Positions 26,133 to 34,783 of a DNA stretch of 64,000 nucleotides are shown here, one piece after another. The translations under genes were made by a program, and so were the position numbers. Numbering within the stretch: the stretch's first letter is position 1; the number at the start of each line of letters is the position of its first letter. Under the pieces are notes generated by a model, which worked only from the letters and a program-made list of their open reading frames with translations, searched no databases and had not been told where the DNA came from. The stretch lies in sequence record OK272490.1, one strand, 5' to 3'. This DNA comes from Escherichia phage JLBYU32.

Positions 26133-26208
26133 GGGGTCATAGTTTATATGGTTAAAATTCGAGTTTTGCAAACTTGGGAACTGAGTTCAATTCTCAGTGA
26201 CTCCACCA
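26133..26208 (+). tRNA. tRNA-Ala (anticodon TGC)
   Basis: G3:U70 wobble pair in acceptor stem; loop TTTGCAA; T-arm CTGAG-TTCAATT-CTCAG. Confidence 0.8.
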
Positions 26209-26214
26209 ATTAGT

Positions 26215-26289
26215 GCATCCATAGTTTAAACGGGAAAATTACAGTCTTCCAAACTGAGGTTGAGGGTTCGATTCCCTCTGGATGCTCCA
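26215..26289 (+). tRNA. tRNA-Gly (anticodon TCC)
   Basis: perfect acceptor GCATCCA/TGGATGC; loop CTTCCAA. Confidence 0.75.
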
Positions 26290-26296
26290 AATTAAT

Positions 26297-26372
26297 GCTC
26301 CTATCGTATAATTGGCTATTACGGTTGCCTTGTAAGCAACTTATCAGGGTTCGAATCCTTGTGGGAGCACCA
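26297..26372 (+). tRNA. tRNA-Thr (anticodon TGT)
   Basis: anticodon stem GTTGC/GCAAC loop CTTGTAA. Confidence 0.8.
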
Positions 26373-26467
26373 ATTCAGAGGTCAAGTGAAAGACCGCTTT
26401 GAGTCAACTGAAGACCGTAACAAATTCCACGGAGTTGAGTTAGCGGCACAACTCCAGACCTCTTTCA

Positions 26468-26543
26468 TACTCGCTTAGTTTATATGGTAAAACATCACCC
26501 TTACAAGATGAAGAAAAAGGTTCAAGTCCTTTAGTGAGTACCA
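26468..26543 (+). tRNA. tRNA-Val (anticodon TAC)
   Basis: T-arm AAAGG-TTCAAGT-CCTTT; loop CTTACAA. Confidence 0.65.
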
Positions 26544-26544
26544 T

Positions 26545-26622
26545 GTTCCAGTATCCCAATTGGCAGAGGATGCAAGCTCAAACCTTGTACTAGTGACGGT
26601 TCGAATCCGTCTTGGAACACCA
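26545..26622 (+). tRNA. tRNA with anticodon CAA (Leu by anticodon), class I shape
   Basis: T-arm GACGG-TTCGAAT-CCGTC; loop CTCAAAC; discriminator A. Confidence 0.6.
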
Positions 26623-26627
26623 ATTTT

Positions 26628-26703
26628 GCAGGATTAGTTCAAATGGAAAGAGCAACAGTCTACGAAGCTGTTAATAGGGGTTCGAATCCCTTATCCTGCG
26701 CCA
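26628..26703 (+). tRNA. tRNA-Arg (anticodon ACG)
   Basis: perfect acceptor GCAGGAT/ATCCTGC; loop CTACGAA. Confidence 0.8.
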
Positions 26704-26722
26704 ATTTAAAGAGGCTATTTAG

Positions 26723-27280
26723 ATGAGATATTTGAAGTATGCTTCATGGATTTTCTTAGCTTTGTTAGAGCCATTTGCAGCAATCTTAGCAGTTATCTTA
26801 GCACCTTTTGTAGTTCCATTCTACAGTGAGAAGAAAGGACACTTACCTTTCGGGTTCAGATGGATGGAGACATATGACAACCCAATTGATGGTGATGAAG
26901 GTCACGTTAAAAGATGGGCTAATATTAGATGGATTGGTAAACTAGGTGTCTACATGCAAAGAGTCGGATGGCTCTGGAGAAACAAAGCTTATAACTTCTC
27001 TTACCATGTATTAGGAAGAGATGTAAAAGATGTTACTAAGTGGAAAGGTAATATCAACGTAAGTTCTGACCCCGAAGATAATCAGACAGGTTATCTCCTA
27101 ATGTGGAACAGTAATGCTTGGGGATTATTCGCTTTTATCCCATCAATTAAAATCTTTGGTAAACAATTTTACTGGAGAATTTATATTGGATGGAAACTAA
27201 AAAGTGTTGTCCCAGAAGAAAGAGCATTCTCAAGGGAAAGAGTTATGTTGGCATTCTTTATTCATCCACTGAGAAAGTAA
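26723..27280 (+). CDS. hypothetical membrane-anchored, Trp-rich protein embedded in tRNA cluster
   Basis: AAAGAGG RBS 8 nt upstream of ATG; N-terminal hydrophobic segment. Confidence 0.55.
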   Translation: MRYLKYASWIFLALLEPFAAILAVILAPFVVPFYSEKKGHLPFGFRWMETYDNPIDGDEGHVKRWANIRWIGKLGVYMQRVGWLWRNKAYNFSYHVLGRDVKDVTKWKGNINVSSDPEDNQTGYLLMWNSNAWGLFAFIPSIKIFGKQFYWRIYIGWKLKSVVPEERAFSRERVMLAFFIHPLRK

Positions 27281-27288
27281 AGATTTAA

Positions 27289-27364
27289 AGGGGATTAGTT
27301 TACAAGGTTAAAACCTCGGTCTTTGAAATCGAAGAAGTTGGTTCAATTCCAACATCCCCCGCCA
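27289..27364 (+). tRNA. tRNA-Gln (anticodon TTG)
   Basis: T-arm GTTGG-TTCAATT-CCAAC; loop CTTTGAA. Confidence 0.7.
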
Positions 27365-27366
27365 AT

Positions 27367-27445
27367 GCTCCATTACTCCAATTGGCAGAGAGGCCAGACT
27401 TAAAATCTGTGTTATGTATCGGTTCGAATCCGATATGGAGTACCA
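27367..27445 (+). tRNA. tRNA with anticodon TAA (Leu by anticodon), class I-like shape
   Basis: T-arm ATCGG-TTCGAAT-CCGAT; loop CTTAAAA; discriminator A. Confidence 0.6.
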
Positions 27446-27450
27446 AATTT

Positions 27451-27526
27451 AGCGGTATAGCATAACTGGCAATGCAGCAGCCTCTGAAGCTGTCCTATTA
27501 AGGTTCAAATCCTTATGCCGCTGCCA
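27451..27526 (+). tRNA. tRNA-Gln (anticodon CTG)
   Basis: T-arm TAAGG-TTCAAAT-CCTTA; loop CTCTGAA. Confidence 0.65.
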
Positions 27527-27557
27527 CTTCTAAGGATTCTTGCGAGAGTCCTTAAAT

Positions 27558-27633
27558 GTGGCCTTATCATAAATGGTAATGACCCATGCTGTGAACATGG
27601 TCTATACGGGTTCAAATCCCGTAGGTCACCCCA
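27558..27633 (+). tRNA. tRNA-His (anticodon GTG)
   Basis: anticodon stem CCATG/CATGG loop CTGTGAA; discriminator C. Confidence 0.75.
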
Positions 27634-27639
27634 ATTTAT

Positions 27640-27715
27640 AGTCCAAGTAGCTTATATGGTTAAAGCGCGTGTCTGAAAAACATGAGAAGAGGGTTCGAAT
27701 CCCACTGGACTACCA
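27640..27715 (+). tRNA. tRNA-Phe (anticodon GAA)
   Basis: loop CTGAAAA; T-loop TTCGAAT; acceptor pairing slightly ambiguous. Confidence 0.65.
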
Positions 27716-27731
27716 ATTTCAAAGGTGCTTA

Positions 27732-28466
27732 ATGAAAGAGATGACAGAACAAGGTAAGGAGATTTTTAATCTCTTAAAAACCGGTAGAGGGTTTTCTAAT
27801 CCCCTTATTACTGGTGCAGCAGTTCTCGGTGGAACCGTAGCTGCCTCTACATCACTTGTAAGTTCTATTAGCTCTGTAACAGACCCTACAATGAAGGAGA
27901 AACTTGTTGCTGCTGGACTTACAACAGTCCTTCTAAACAGCTTTACAACAAGCCTTACAAGCACTACAGCGACTACTAAGACCTTAACAGACTATGGTCA
28001 AAAGTCTATTGATGAGTTTTCATCACGTATGCAGGTAGCAAAGGGGTATTCCAATGTTATGGGTGCAGCAGGGGAACAAGTTGGCTGTACACCGTTTAGT
28101 GGTATTATGGGCGTTGCTACAGAATATGGTCAAAAAGCTATTGACACAATTAACAGTGCACTAGATGACGTTAATGATGTATTAAGTGACTTACAAGATG
28201 CTATTGATAAGGGTCTTGATACTGTTTCTGATTTAGCTAATCAGGCTGTTAGCAAGATTAATGAAGGTATCTCGAAGATTACAGCTTATGCAGATGAAGT
28301 TGTGCAGATGATTGAAGAAGAAGCTGCCCTTATTGCAGAGTACCTTAAAACGAATATCAATGGGTTCTTAGCAGGTATCTTACCAGACTGGTTTGATGAT
28401 GCCTGTAAAACTGGTGTAATTGATACTATTGCAACACCAGAAATGAAGAGCGCATTACAGAAGTAA
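27732..28466 (+). CDS. hypothetical Ser/Thr/Ala-rich protein embedded in tRNA cluster
   Basis: start moved to ATG 27732 (track start 27669 is an alternative start inside tRNA-Phe); ends 1 nt before tRNA-Ser. Confidence 0.5.
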   Translation: MKEMTEQGKEIFNLLKTGRGFSNPLITGAAVLGGTVAASTSLVSSISSVTDPTMKEKLVAAGLTTVLLNSFTTSLTSTTATTKTLTDYGQKSIDEFSSRMQVAKGYSNVMGAAGEQVGCTPFSGIMGVATEYGQKAIDTINSALDDVNDVLSDLQDAIDKGLDTVSDLANQAVSKINEGISKITAYADEVVQMIEEEAALIAEYLKTNINGFLAGILPDWFDDACKTGVIDTIATPEMKSALQK

Positions 28467-28467
28467 T

Positions 28468-28560
28468 GGAAGATTAACCCTAAAAGGTAAGGGAGCAGTT
28501 TGCTAAACTGCCAGTAGCTGAGAAATCGGTGTACCAGTTCAAGTCTGGTATCTTCCTCCA
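28468..28560 (+). tRNA. tRNA-Ser (anticodon GCT), long variable arm
   Basis: 93 nt; perfect acceptor GGAAGAT/ATCTTCC; anticodon stem GCAGT/ACTGC loop TTGCTAA. Confidence 0.75.
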
Positions 28561-28564
28561 ATTT

Positions 28565-28640
28565 GAATCCGTGACAGAAATGGCTATGTGCCTGTCTGCA
28601 AAACAGGTTTATAAGGGTTCGAGTCCCTTCGGATTCTCCA
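28565..28640 (+). tRNA. tRNA-Cys (anticodon GCA)
   Basis: perfect acceptor GAATCCG/CGGATTC; anticodon stem CCTGT/ACAGG loop CTGCAAA. Confidence 0.8.
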
Positions 28641-28679
28641 AGTTATTTTACTCTCTCTCTCAATTAAAATAATAATAAT

Positions 28680-28740
28680 GCCCTGCTATAAGTATTCTTC
28701 CTTTCGCTACCGAAGAGTATTTTTAGACAGGGCTTTTTTA
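28680..28740 (+). terminator. long hairpin + T-tract terminator after tRNA cluster
   Basis: GCCCTG ... CAGGGC with internal complementarity followed by TTTTTT. Confidence 0.6.
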
Positions 28741-28804
28741 CAGAGCTATACTTTATAAGAAGACTTATACAGTATGTCTCTGACGTACATTGTGGTTTCT
28801 CCTT

Positions 28805-28830
28805 GACGGTCTCTGTGCCGTCTTTTTTAA
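28805..28830 (+). terminator. hairpin + T-tract
   Basis: GACGG-TCTCTGTG-CCGTC followed by TTTTTT. Confidence 0.5.
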
Positions 28831-28864
28831 GGGGAAACATGGTTAATTATTTGGAGAAAACATA

Positions 28865-29065
28865 ATGAGCGAGACCGTTTATAAAGAACTTTATGAAGCT
28901 AACAAGAAGCTAGAATTTATGCAGAATACTATCATGGCAATTGCAGACAGATTATCTGTAGCAACAGGCATTGATATTAAAGAAGCATCTATGGATGCAC
29001 TTCTTGATGCTGTTGATGCAAAGTTCGAAGTTAAGAAAGAAGAGACTGCTACAGACTCTGAATAA
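28865..29065 (+). CDS. hypothetical small acidic protein upstream of terminase
   Basis: GGAG RBS; first gene of late + strand module. Confidence 0.5.
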   Translation: MSETVYKELYEANKKLEFMQNTIMAIADRLSVATGIDIKEASMDALLDAVDAKFEVKKEETATDSE

Positions 29066-29086
29066 TTCTATTTGCGGAGGTGCTTA

Positions 29087-30688
29087 ATGGACTTAAATGC
29101 TGTTAAGCAGAAGCGAGTGGAAGATGTTAGGAAAGTCCTAGCTGGAGAGTTGGGGCTTTCTGATGAAGTAAAAGAAATTATCAAATCATTCGGTAAAGAC
29201 CCCTCTAAATTCCTTCCAACTCAAATTCTGACTTTATTAAGATACACACCAGACCAAGTTAGACTTATCTTCAAATTGATGACTGATAAGAACTATGTAG
29301 CCCCTCAGCCGGGTTCTCAAGAGGTCTTTTTAAATACTAATGCTGACTTGGTTCTCTATGGTGGTGCTGCGGGTGCTGGTAAAACTGCTGCATTGTTAAT
29401 GGACTCTTTAAGGTTTATTGAAGACCCTAACTATAATGCTGTATATTTCCGTCGAAATACAACACAGTTACAAGGTGGTTTATGGCCTGCTGCAAAGAAA
29501 CTATTTGGTAAGTTTGGTGGGGTTCCTCACGAGCAGAAGATGACTATCACATTCCCTTCTGGGGCAACTATCAAGTTTACCTATCTAGAACTTGAAAAGC
29601 ACGCTGAAGGTCATCAGGGTATTGAATACTCAGCTATTTACTTTGACGAAGGTACACACTTCTCTGCTTCACAGATTTCATACCTACAGACTCGTCTACG
29701 TTCTGGGGCTGAAGGTGATTCATACATGAAGATTTCTATGAACCCAGACAGAGACCACTTTATTTACGATTGGGTAGAACCATTCTTAGATGAAGAAGGC
29801 TACCCAGACCCTGAAAAGTGTGGTCGTATTCGTTGGTATGTAATGAATGATGGTGTTATGGTTTCTGATTGGGAGAGAGACAAGATTCTTGAAATGTTTC
29901 CTCTTGAGATTCCTCAAACATATACATTCATCTCTGGTACGATTGATGATAACCCAATCCTTGACTTCTTAGAGCCTAAGTACCGTGGTAAGTTGGAAAA
30001 CAACACCCCTGTAAACGTTGCAAGACTTCGTTTCGGTAACTGGAAGGCTCGTGCAGAAGGTTCAAACTATTGGCAAAGACAATGGTGTGAGATTGTTGAT
30101 TCACTCCCAGAAGATGTATTCGATGTTAGAGCATGGGACTTAGCAGCAACTTTACCATCTGAGATTAACCCTAATCCAGACTGGACAGCAGGTGTTAAGA
30201 TGGGTAAATCTAAAAAAGACGGTTGCTATTATATCATTGATGTAGTAAGATTTAGAGATAGACCCTCTGGAGTCGAAACACAAATTAATTTGACTGCTGA
30301 AAGTGACGGTAAGCGAACTGGTATTTTTATCCCTCAAGACCCAGGCGCTGCTGGTAAATCCTACGCAACATCCCTCATCAGGAAACTTGCCGAGAAAGGT
30401 TATCGAGCAAGAGCTAAACCAACAAATAAAGATAAAGTTACCCGCTTTGCGGGATTTTCTGCTGCTTCTGAAGCTGGACTTGTAAAAGTCTTGAGAGGTA
30501 GTTGGAATGAAGCTTACTTTCAAGAGCTTGAAGGCTTTTGTGGTGATGGCAAAACTAAAGATGACCAAGTGGATGCTACCAGTGATGCTTTCAACAGTCT
30601 TAACGAAGTTAAATTATTCAAGCCACCATCAATGGGTGCTCACACAGATTTAGTGAGAGGAAACCCGTATGAGGGGCTTAGACGTTGA
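29087..30688 (+). CDS. terL: terminase large subunit
   Basis: Walker A LVLYGGAAGAGKTAAL; start moved to ATG 29087 after GGAGG RBS (track start 29072 is TTG); ~533 aa. Confidence 0.8.
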   Translation: MDLNAVKQKRVEDVRKVLAGELGLSDEVKEIIKSFGKDPSKFLPTQILTLLRYTPDQVRLIFKLMTDKNYVAPQPGSQEVFLNTNADLVLYGGAAGAGKTAALLMDSLRFIEDPNYNAVYFRRNTTQLQGGLWPAAKKLFGKFGGVPHEQKMTITFPSGATIKFTYLELEKHAEGHQGIEYSAIYFDEGTHFSASQISYLQTRLRSGAEGDSYMKISMNPDRDHFIYDWVEPFLDEEGYPDPEKCGRIRWYVMNDGVMVSDWERDKILEMFPLEIPQTYTFISGTIDDNPILDFLEPKYRGKLENNTPVNVARLRFGNWKARAEGSNYWQRQWCEIVDSLPEDVFDVRAWDLAATLPSEINPNPDWTAGVKMGKSKKDGCYYIIDVVRFRDRPSGVETQINLTAESDGKRTGIFIPQDPGAAGKSYATSLIRKLAEKGYRARAKPTNKDKVTRFAGFSAASEAGLVKVLRGSWNEAYFQELEGFCGDGKTKDDQVDATSDAFNSLNEVKLFKPPSMGAHTDLVRGNPYEGLRR

Positions 30689-30704
30689 TAGCTAGGTGAG
30701 AAGA

Positions 30705-32171
30705 ATGGCAGATATTACAGAAACACAAGAAAGCTTACCACCATTTAGAATGGGTGAAGTAGGTTCTTTGGGTCTGAAGGTTAAGAATGGAAGAATCTAT
30801 GAAGAACCTCGTCAGGCACTAAGGTTCCCTGAAAGTATTAAAACTTTCCAATTAATGATGCGTGACCCTGCTGTAGCAGCATCTGTAAATATTATTAAGA
30901 TGTTTGTCAGAAAAGTCAACTGGAGATTCGTACCTCCAAAGGGAAAAGAGCAAGACCCTAAAATGCTTGAAAGAGCAGACTTCTTTAATTCTTTAATGGA
31001 TGACATGGAGCATGATTGGGCAGATTTTATTAATTCTGTAATGTCATTCTGCACTTATGGGTTCTGTGTTAACGAAAAGGTTTATAAGAAGCGACAGGGT
31101 AAAAAAGGAAAGTACCAGTCAAAATTTGATGATGGTCTAATTGGATGGGCTAAATTACCAATCAGAAACCAATCAACACTTGATAAGTGGTATTTTGACG
31201 AAGACTTTAGAAAAGTTACTGGTGTCAGACAGAATCTGAGAAATGTTTCACATATTGCTGGAGCAATTAATCTTGGAGAAAGACCGCTAACAAGAAAACT
31301 TCCACGAGCTAAATTCATGCTGTTTAAGTATGATGATGAATATGGAAACCCAGAAGGTCGTTCACCATTACTTAATGCCTATGTACCGTGGAAATATAAA
31401 GTTCAGATTGAAGAGTACGAAGCTGTTGGTGTTTCAAGAGACTTGGTTGGTATGCCAAAGATTGGTTTACCACCAGATTATCTGGATGAAAATGCAGAAC
31501 CTGAAAAGAAAGCTTTCGTACAATACTGCAAAACTGTTGTTAACGATATGATTGCTAATGACAGAGCAGGTTTAATCTGGCCTAGATATATCGACCCAGA
31601 TACTAAAGAGGATATTTTCGAGTTCTCATTAGTTTCTAGACAGGGTGCTAAAGCATACGATACAGGTTCTATTATTGACAGATATTCCAAGCAGATTATG
31701 ATGGCATTTATGTCAGATGTTCTTGCTATGGGTCAGTCAAAATATGGTTCATTCTCTCTTGCAGATTCTAAGACAAGCTTACTAGCGATGTCAGTAGATA
31801 TTCTGCTGAAGCAAATTAAGAACGTAATTAACCGTGATTTAGTTGCACAGACTTATGCTCTTAATATGTGGGACGATGAAGAACATGTACAAATCACTTA
31901 TGATGATATCGAAACTCCAGACCTTGAAGCAATTGGTTCTTATATCCAGAAGACTGTTGCAGTAGGTGCTTTGGAAGTTGACAAAGAGCTATCTAACAAA
32001 CTTAGAGAGCATATTGGTCTTCCTCCTGCTGATGAGTCTCAGCCAGTATCTGAAAAGCTTTCTCCAAATAGCCAAAGCCGCTCAGGAGATGGTTATAAGA
32101 CCGCTGGGGAAGGTACTGCAAAGACACCTTCAGCGAAAGACCCAAGCACAGCAAATAAGGCAAATAAATAA
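30705..32171 (+). CDS. portal protein (by size and position after terminase)
   Basis: ~489 aa immediately after terL; ATG 30705 preferred over GTG 30696. Confidence 0.6.
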   Translation: MADITETQESLPPFRMGEVGSLGLKVKNGRIYEEPRQALRFPESIKTFQLMMRDPAVAASVNIIKMFVRKVNWRFVPPKGKEQDPKMLERADFFNSLMDDMEHDWADFINSVMSFCTYGFCVNEKVYKKRQGKKGKYQSKFDDGLIGWAKLPIRNQSTLDKWYFDEDFRKVTGVRQNLRNVSHIAGAINLGERPLTRKLPRAKFMLFKYDDEYGNPEGRSPLLNAYVPWKYKVQIEEYEAVGVSRDLVGMPKIGLPPDYLDENAEPEKKAFVQYCKTVVNDMIANDRAGLIWPRYIDPDTKEDIFEFSLVSRQGAKAYDTGSIIDRYSKQIMMAFMSDVLAMGQSKYGSFSLADSKTSLLAMSVDILLKQIKNVINRDLVAQTYALNMWDDEEHVQITYDDIETPDLEAIGSYIQKTVAVGALEVDKELSNKLREHIGLPPADESQPVSEKLSPNSQSRSGDGYKTAGEGTAKTPSAKDPSTANKANK

Positions 32172-32671
32172 TGGCTGAAGTTATCTCTATTTCAAATGCT
32201 ACACGAGTGCATTCGTATAGGGGTGTCCTTATCATCACTGACAAGTTATCTGTAGAGGCTGGCTCAAGGGTCAGCCTTTCAGGTTATGTTAGTGATGGTG
32301 GAATCTCTGACGTTTTCACTATTTGCAGGTTACTTGATGCACCAATGAGTGGAAAACCGTTTATTTCAGGAAATTGTAGTGAAATTGTTAAAATTCCATT
32401 TGACAGTTCATGCCTTTTGGGTGTAAAGTTATATAACTGCGAGAATAAACGTATCAATGTTAATAGCATTGAAGCCGCTTTCATTACCCTCGATACTGCA
32501 TTTCAATCTCCAATGACAGTTAATAAAGAAACAAACAGACTTGAATACATTTTTTCACAAAATGATTACAAAGTACTTGTCAAAGGTAAAGTATATGATA
32601 TGATTGTAAATGTGGTAGATGAATCTGGTAACCATTCAACAGTCCTTAAACAAAAAGTAAGGTTTAATTAA
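32171..32671 (+). CDS. hypothetical head-module protein
   Basis: ATGA-coupled ORF. Confidence 0.5.
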   Translation: MAEVISISNATRVHSYRGVLIITDKLSVEAGSRVSLSGYVSDGGISDVFTICRLLDAPMSGKPFISGNCSEIVKIPFDSSCLLGVKLYNCENKRINVNSIEAAFITLDTAFQSPMTVNKETNRLEYIFSQNDYKVLVKGKVYDMIVNVVDESGNHSTVLKQKVRFN

Positions 32672-33003
32672 TGGGAACATTAACTATTGATGGTAAGAAT
32701 AAAATCCTCGCCACGCTAACCCCAACGACTATTATTTTACACAATGTAGACCCAACGGCAGACCCTACAGCAAATAAGGTTACTCAGCCAGTGGCTATTT
32801 ATTTTTCTGAACCGGATAATGGCTTAATTGCCTCAGAAGACACAGTTAATATTACTGTTCCAGCTTCTGCAACGGTCTCACACTATAGCTTGTGGGATGC
32901 TAACGATAAATGCGTGGCAACTGGTGCTCTTAGCAAACCTCAATTCTTTGCTGAAGAAGGTATTTATGTTGTCTCTTCAGTCTCTGTAGATTTAAACAAA
33001 TAG
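32671..33003 (+). CDS. hypothetical head-module protein
   Basis: ATGA-coupled ORF. Confidence 0.5.
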   Translation: MGTLTIDGKNKILATLTPTTIILHNVDPTADPTANKVTQPVAIYFSEPDNGLIASEDTVNITVPASATVSHYSLWDANDKCVATGALSKPQFFAEEGIYVVSSVSVDLNK

Positions 33004-33014
33004 GGTGAGTAAAA

Positions 33015-34361
33015 ATGAGTTCGAATATCTTCAGACTTGCTGATAGATTATTCAACCAACCTTTACTAGCCACTGAATCATTAGCTCACTCAGCAGCAAC
33101 TTATGTGAATAACAGATTGCTGGGTGATGTCCAAGCAGCAGTAAACTTTGATAAACCCAAAGGTGACGCAAGAAGTCTTTTAAAAGTAAAAGATGACATT
33201 GCTATTATCCCTATTATGGGTGGTTTAACTCATCGTATGACGTTCATTGATGCAATGTGTACAGGTGGATTAAGCTCTTATGAGGGTTTACGTAGAGGCT
33301 TTGACGAAGCTTTAGCAGATGAGTCAATCAAGACTATTGTTCTGCATATTGATTCTGGTGGTGGTGAAGCTTCAGGTTGCTTTGAATTAGCACGTCACAT
33401 TATGGCTTCAAGAGGCCAAAAGAAAATTATTGCTTATGTAGATGAGTTCGCTTGTTCCGCTGCATACGCTCTTGCATCTTCTGCTGAAGAAATTATTGCA
33501 TCACCAGATGCAGATGTTGGTTCTATTGGTGTAATTATGGTTCATCAGGAATTAACTAAGGCATTTGAAAAGAATGGCGTAACAATTAACGTCATCAAAG
33601 CTGGTGAGTTTAAAGGTATGGGTTCACCATTCCAAGCACTCTCGGAAGAAAGCAAAGAAAGACTTCAAAAGAGAATTAATGATACCTACGCAACCTTTAC
33701 AGGTTTTGTAGCTGAATCTCGTAATCTCTCTGAAGAAGCTGTAAAGAATACTGAGGCGAATGTTTATTCTGCTCAGGAAGCTCTTGAACTTGGTTTAATT
33801 AACTCAATCATGTCTCAAGATGATTTCTTAAATTACTTACAAGGTTCTGAAGAGGCTCCTGTAAGTTTAAACGTTAACAATTCAGGTGAAGAAATGACTG
33901 AACAAGAAAAGCAAGAACTAGAAGCTTTGCGTCTTCAGGTTGCTCAAATGAAAGCCAAAGAACAGGAAGCTGCTTTGTCAGATTTGACTAATAAGATTTC
34001 TGCTTCTGCTGAAGCTTTTGGATTTGATGCAAAAGAAGCTGCAACGACTATTTTAGGTGCTGGTCTTGATAACCCTCTGAGTGTTCTGTTTATGAATGCT
34101 ATGGAAGGTGCTAACCAGAAACTTAATGAAACTATCGCGTCCCATGCTTCTGCAATGGAAGAAAAAGAATCAGAAATTACCAAGTTGAAAGAAACTGCTG
34201 GTGCTGTTCTTGAACATTCCAACGCTATGGAAGAAATGGGTAATGACGGCGAAGCTGATTTGGTTGAAGAAGAAAAAGAACCAGCTAAGAATGCTTCCGA
34301 AGACACCGCTGAACAACGCAAACTGGCTCTCCAGAATGCTCTAAAATCTCTTATCAAATAA
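33015..34361 (+). CDS. prohead protease (ClpP/S49-like) fused to scaffold-like coiled-coil C-terminal region
   Basis: IVLHIDSGGGEASG and CSAAYALAS motifs typical of S49/ClpP-type head maturation proteases; E/A/K-rich coiled-coil tail. Confidence 0.7.
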   Translation: MSSNIFRLADRLFNQPLLATESLAHSAATYVNNRLLGDVQAAVNFDKPKGDARSLLKVKDDIAIIPIMGGLTHRMTFIDAMCTGGLSSYEGLRRGFDEALADESIKTIVLHIDSGGGEASGCFELARHIMASRGQKKIIAYVDEFACSAAYALASSAEEIIASPDADVGSIGVIMVHQELTKAFEKNGVTINVIKAGEFKGMGSPFQALSEESKERLQKRINDTYATFTGFVAESRNLSEEAVKNTEANVYSAQEALELGLINSIMSQDDFLNYLQGSEEAPVSLNVNNSGEEMTEQEKQELEALRLQVAQMKAKEQEAALSDLTNKISASAEAFGFDAKEAATTILGAGLDNPLSVLFMNAMEGANQKLNETIASHASAMEEKESEITKLKETAGAVLEHSNAMEEMGNDGEADLVEEEKEPAKNASEDTAEQRKLALQNALKSLIK

Positions 34362-34372
34362 GGAACACAATA

Positions 34373-34750
34373 ATGGCATATCAAGGTTTTACTAAGTTAG
34401 GTAACAGAGAACCTCTGAATGATATCATTCTTTGGGAACAGATTACCCCAACAGGCCACTCTCGTAAAGAGTACACTCCACAGGCATCTACAGAGTATCG
34501 TGTAGGTGAAGTTCTGAAAGCAGATGGTACTAAAGTTGCAGCAGGGGAAGAATCTCAGGCTGATTCTGTATGTATCGTTAACTTTTACGCAGACCTACAA
34601 CTGTCTTACCACGGTCAGTTGAAAGTTGTTGGTATTTACCGTGACGCAGAACTAAAAGACCTGCTTACTCTTGAATCAGGTGTTGATGCTGATGCAGTCA
34701 AGACAGCTCTGGCTGCTAAAGGTATTGATTTCGTACCAACTGGCCTGTAA
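34373..34750 (+). CDS. hypothetical protein (possible head decoration/accessory)
   Basis: ORF between protease and capsid gene. Confidence 0.45.
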   Translation: MAYQGFTKLGNREPLNDIILWEQITPTGHSRKEYTPQASTEYRVGEVLKADGTKVAAGEESQADSVCIVNFYADLQLSYHGQLKVVGIYRDAELKDLLTLESGVDADAVKTALAAKGIDFVPTGL

Positions 34751-34783
34751 TAACAATAATAAGACATTCTGGAGAATTTTACA

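Noticed and set aside
27669-27731. Track-proposed start of ORF 27669-28466
   Set aside because: The start is GTG and lies inside tRNA-Phe (27640-27715); the first ATG at 27732 with an upstream AAAGG is more plausible.
29072-29086. Track-proposed TTG start for the terminase large subunit
   Set aside because: ATG at 29087 sits 6 nt downstream of a GGAGG Shine-Dalgarno; the TTG overlaps the RBS itself.
33944-34384. 146-aa - strand ORF overlapping the prohead protease/scaffold gene
   Set aside because: Antisense shadow ORF in the Ala/Glu-rich scaffold region.
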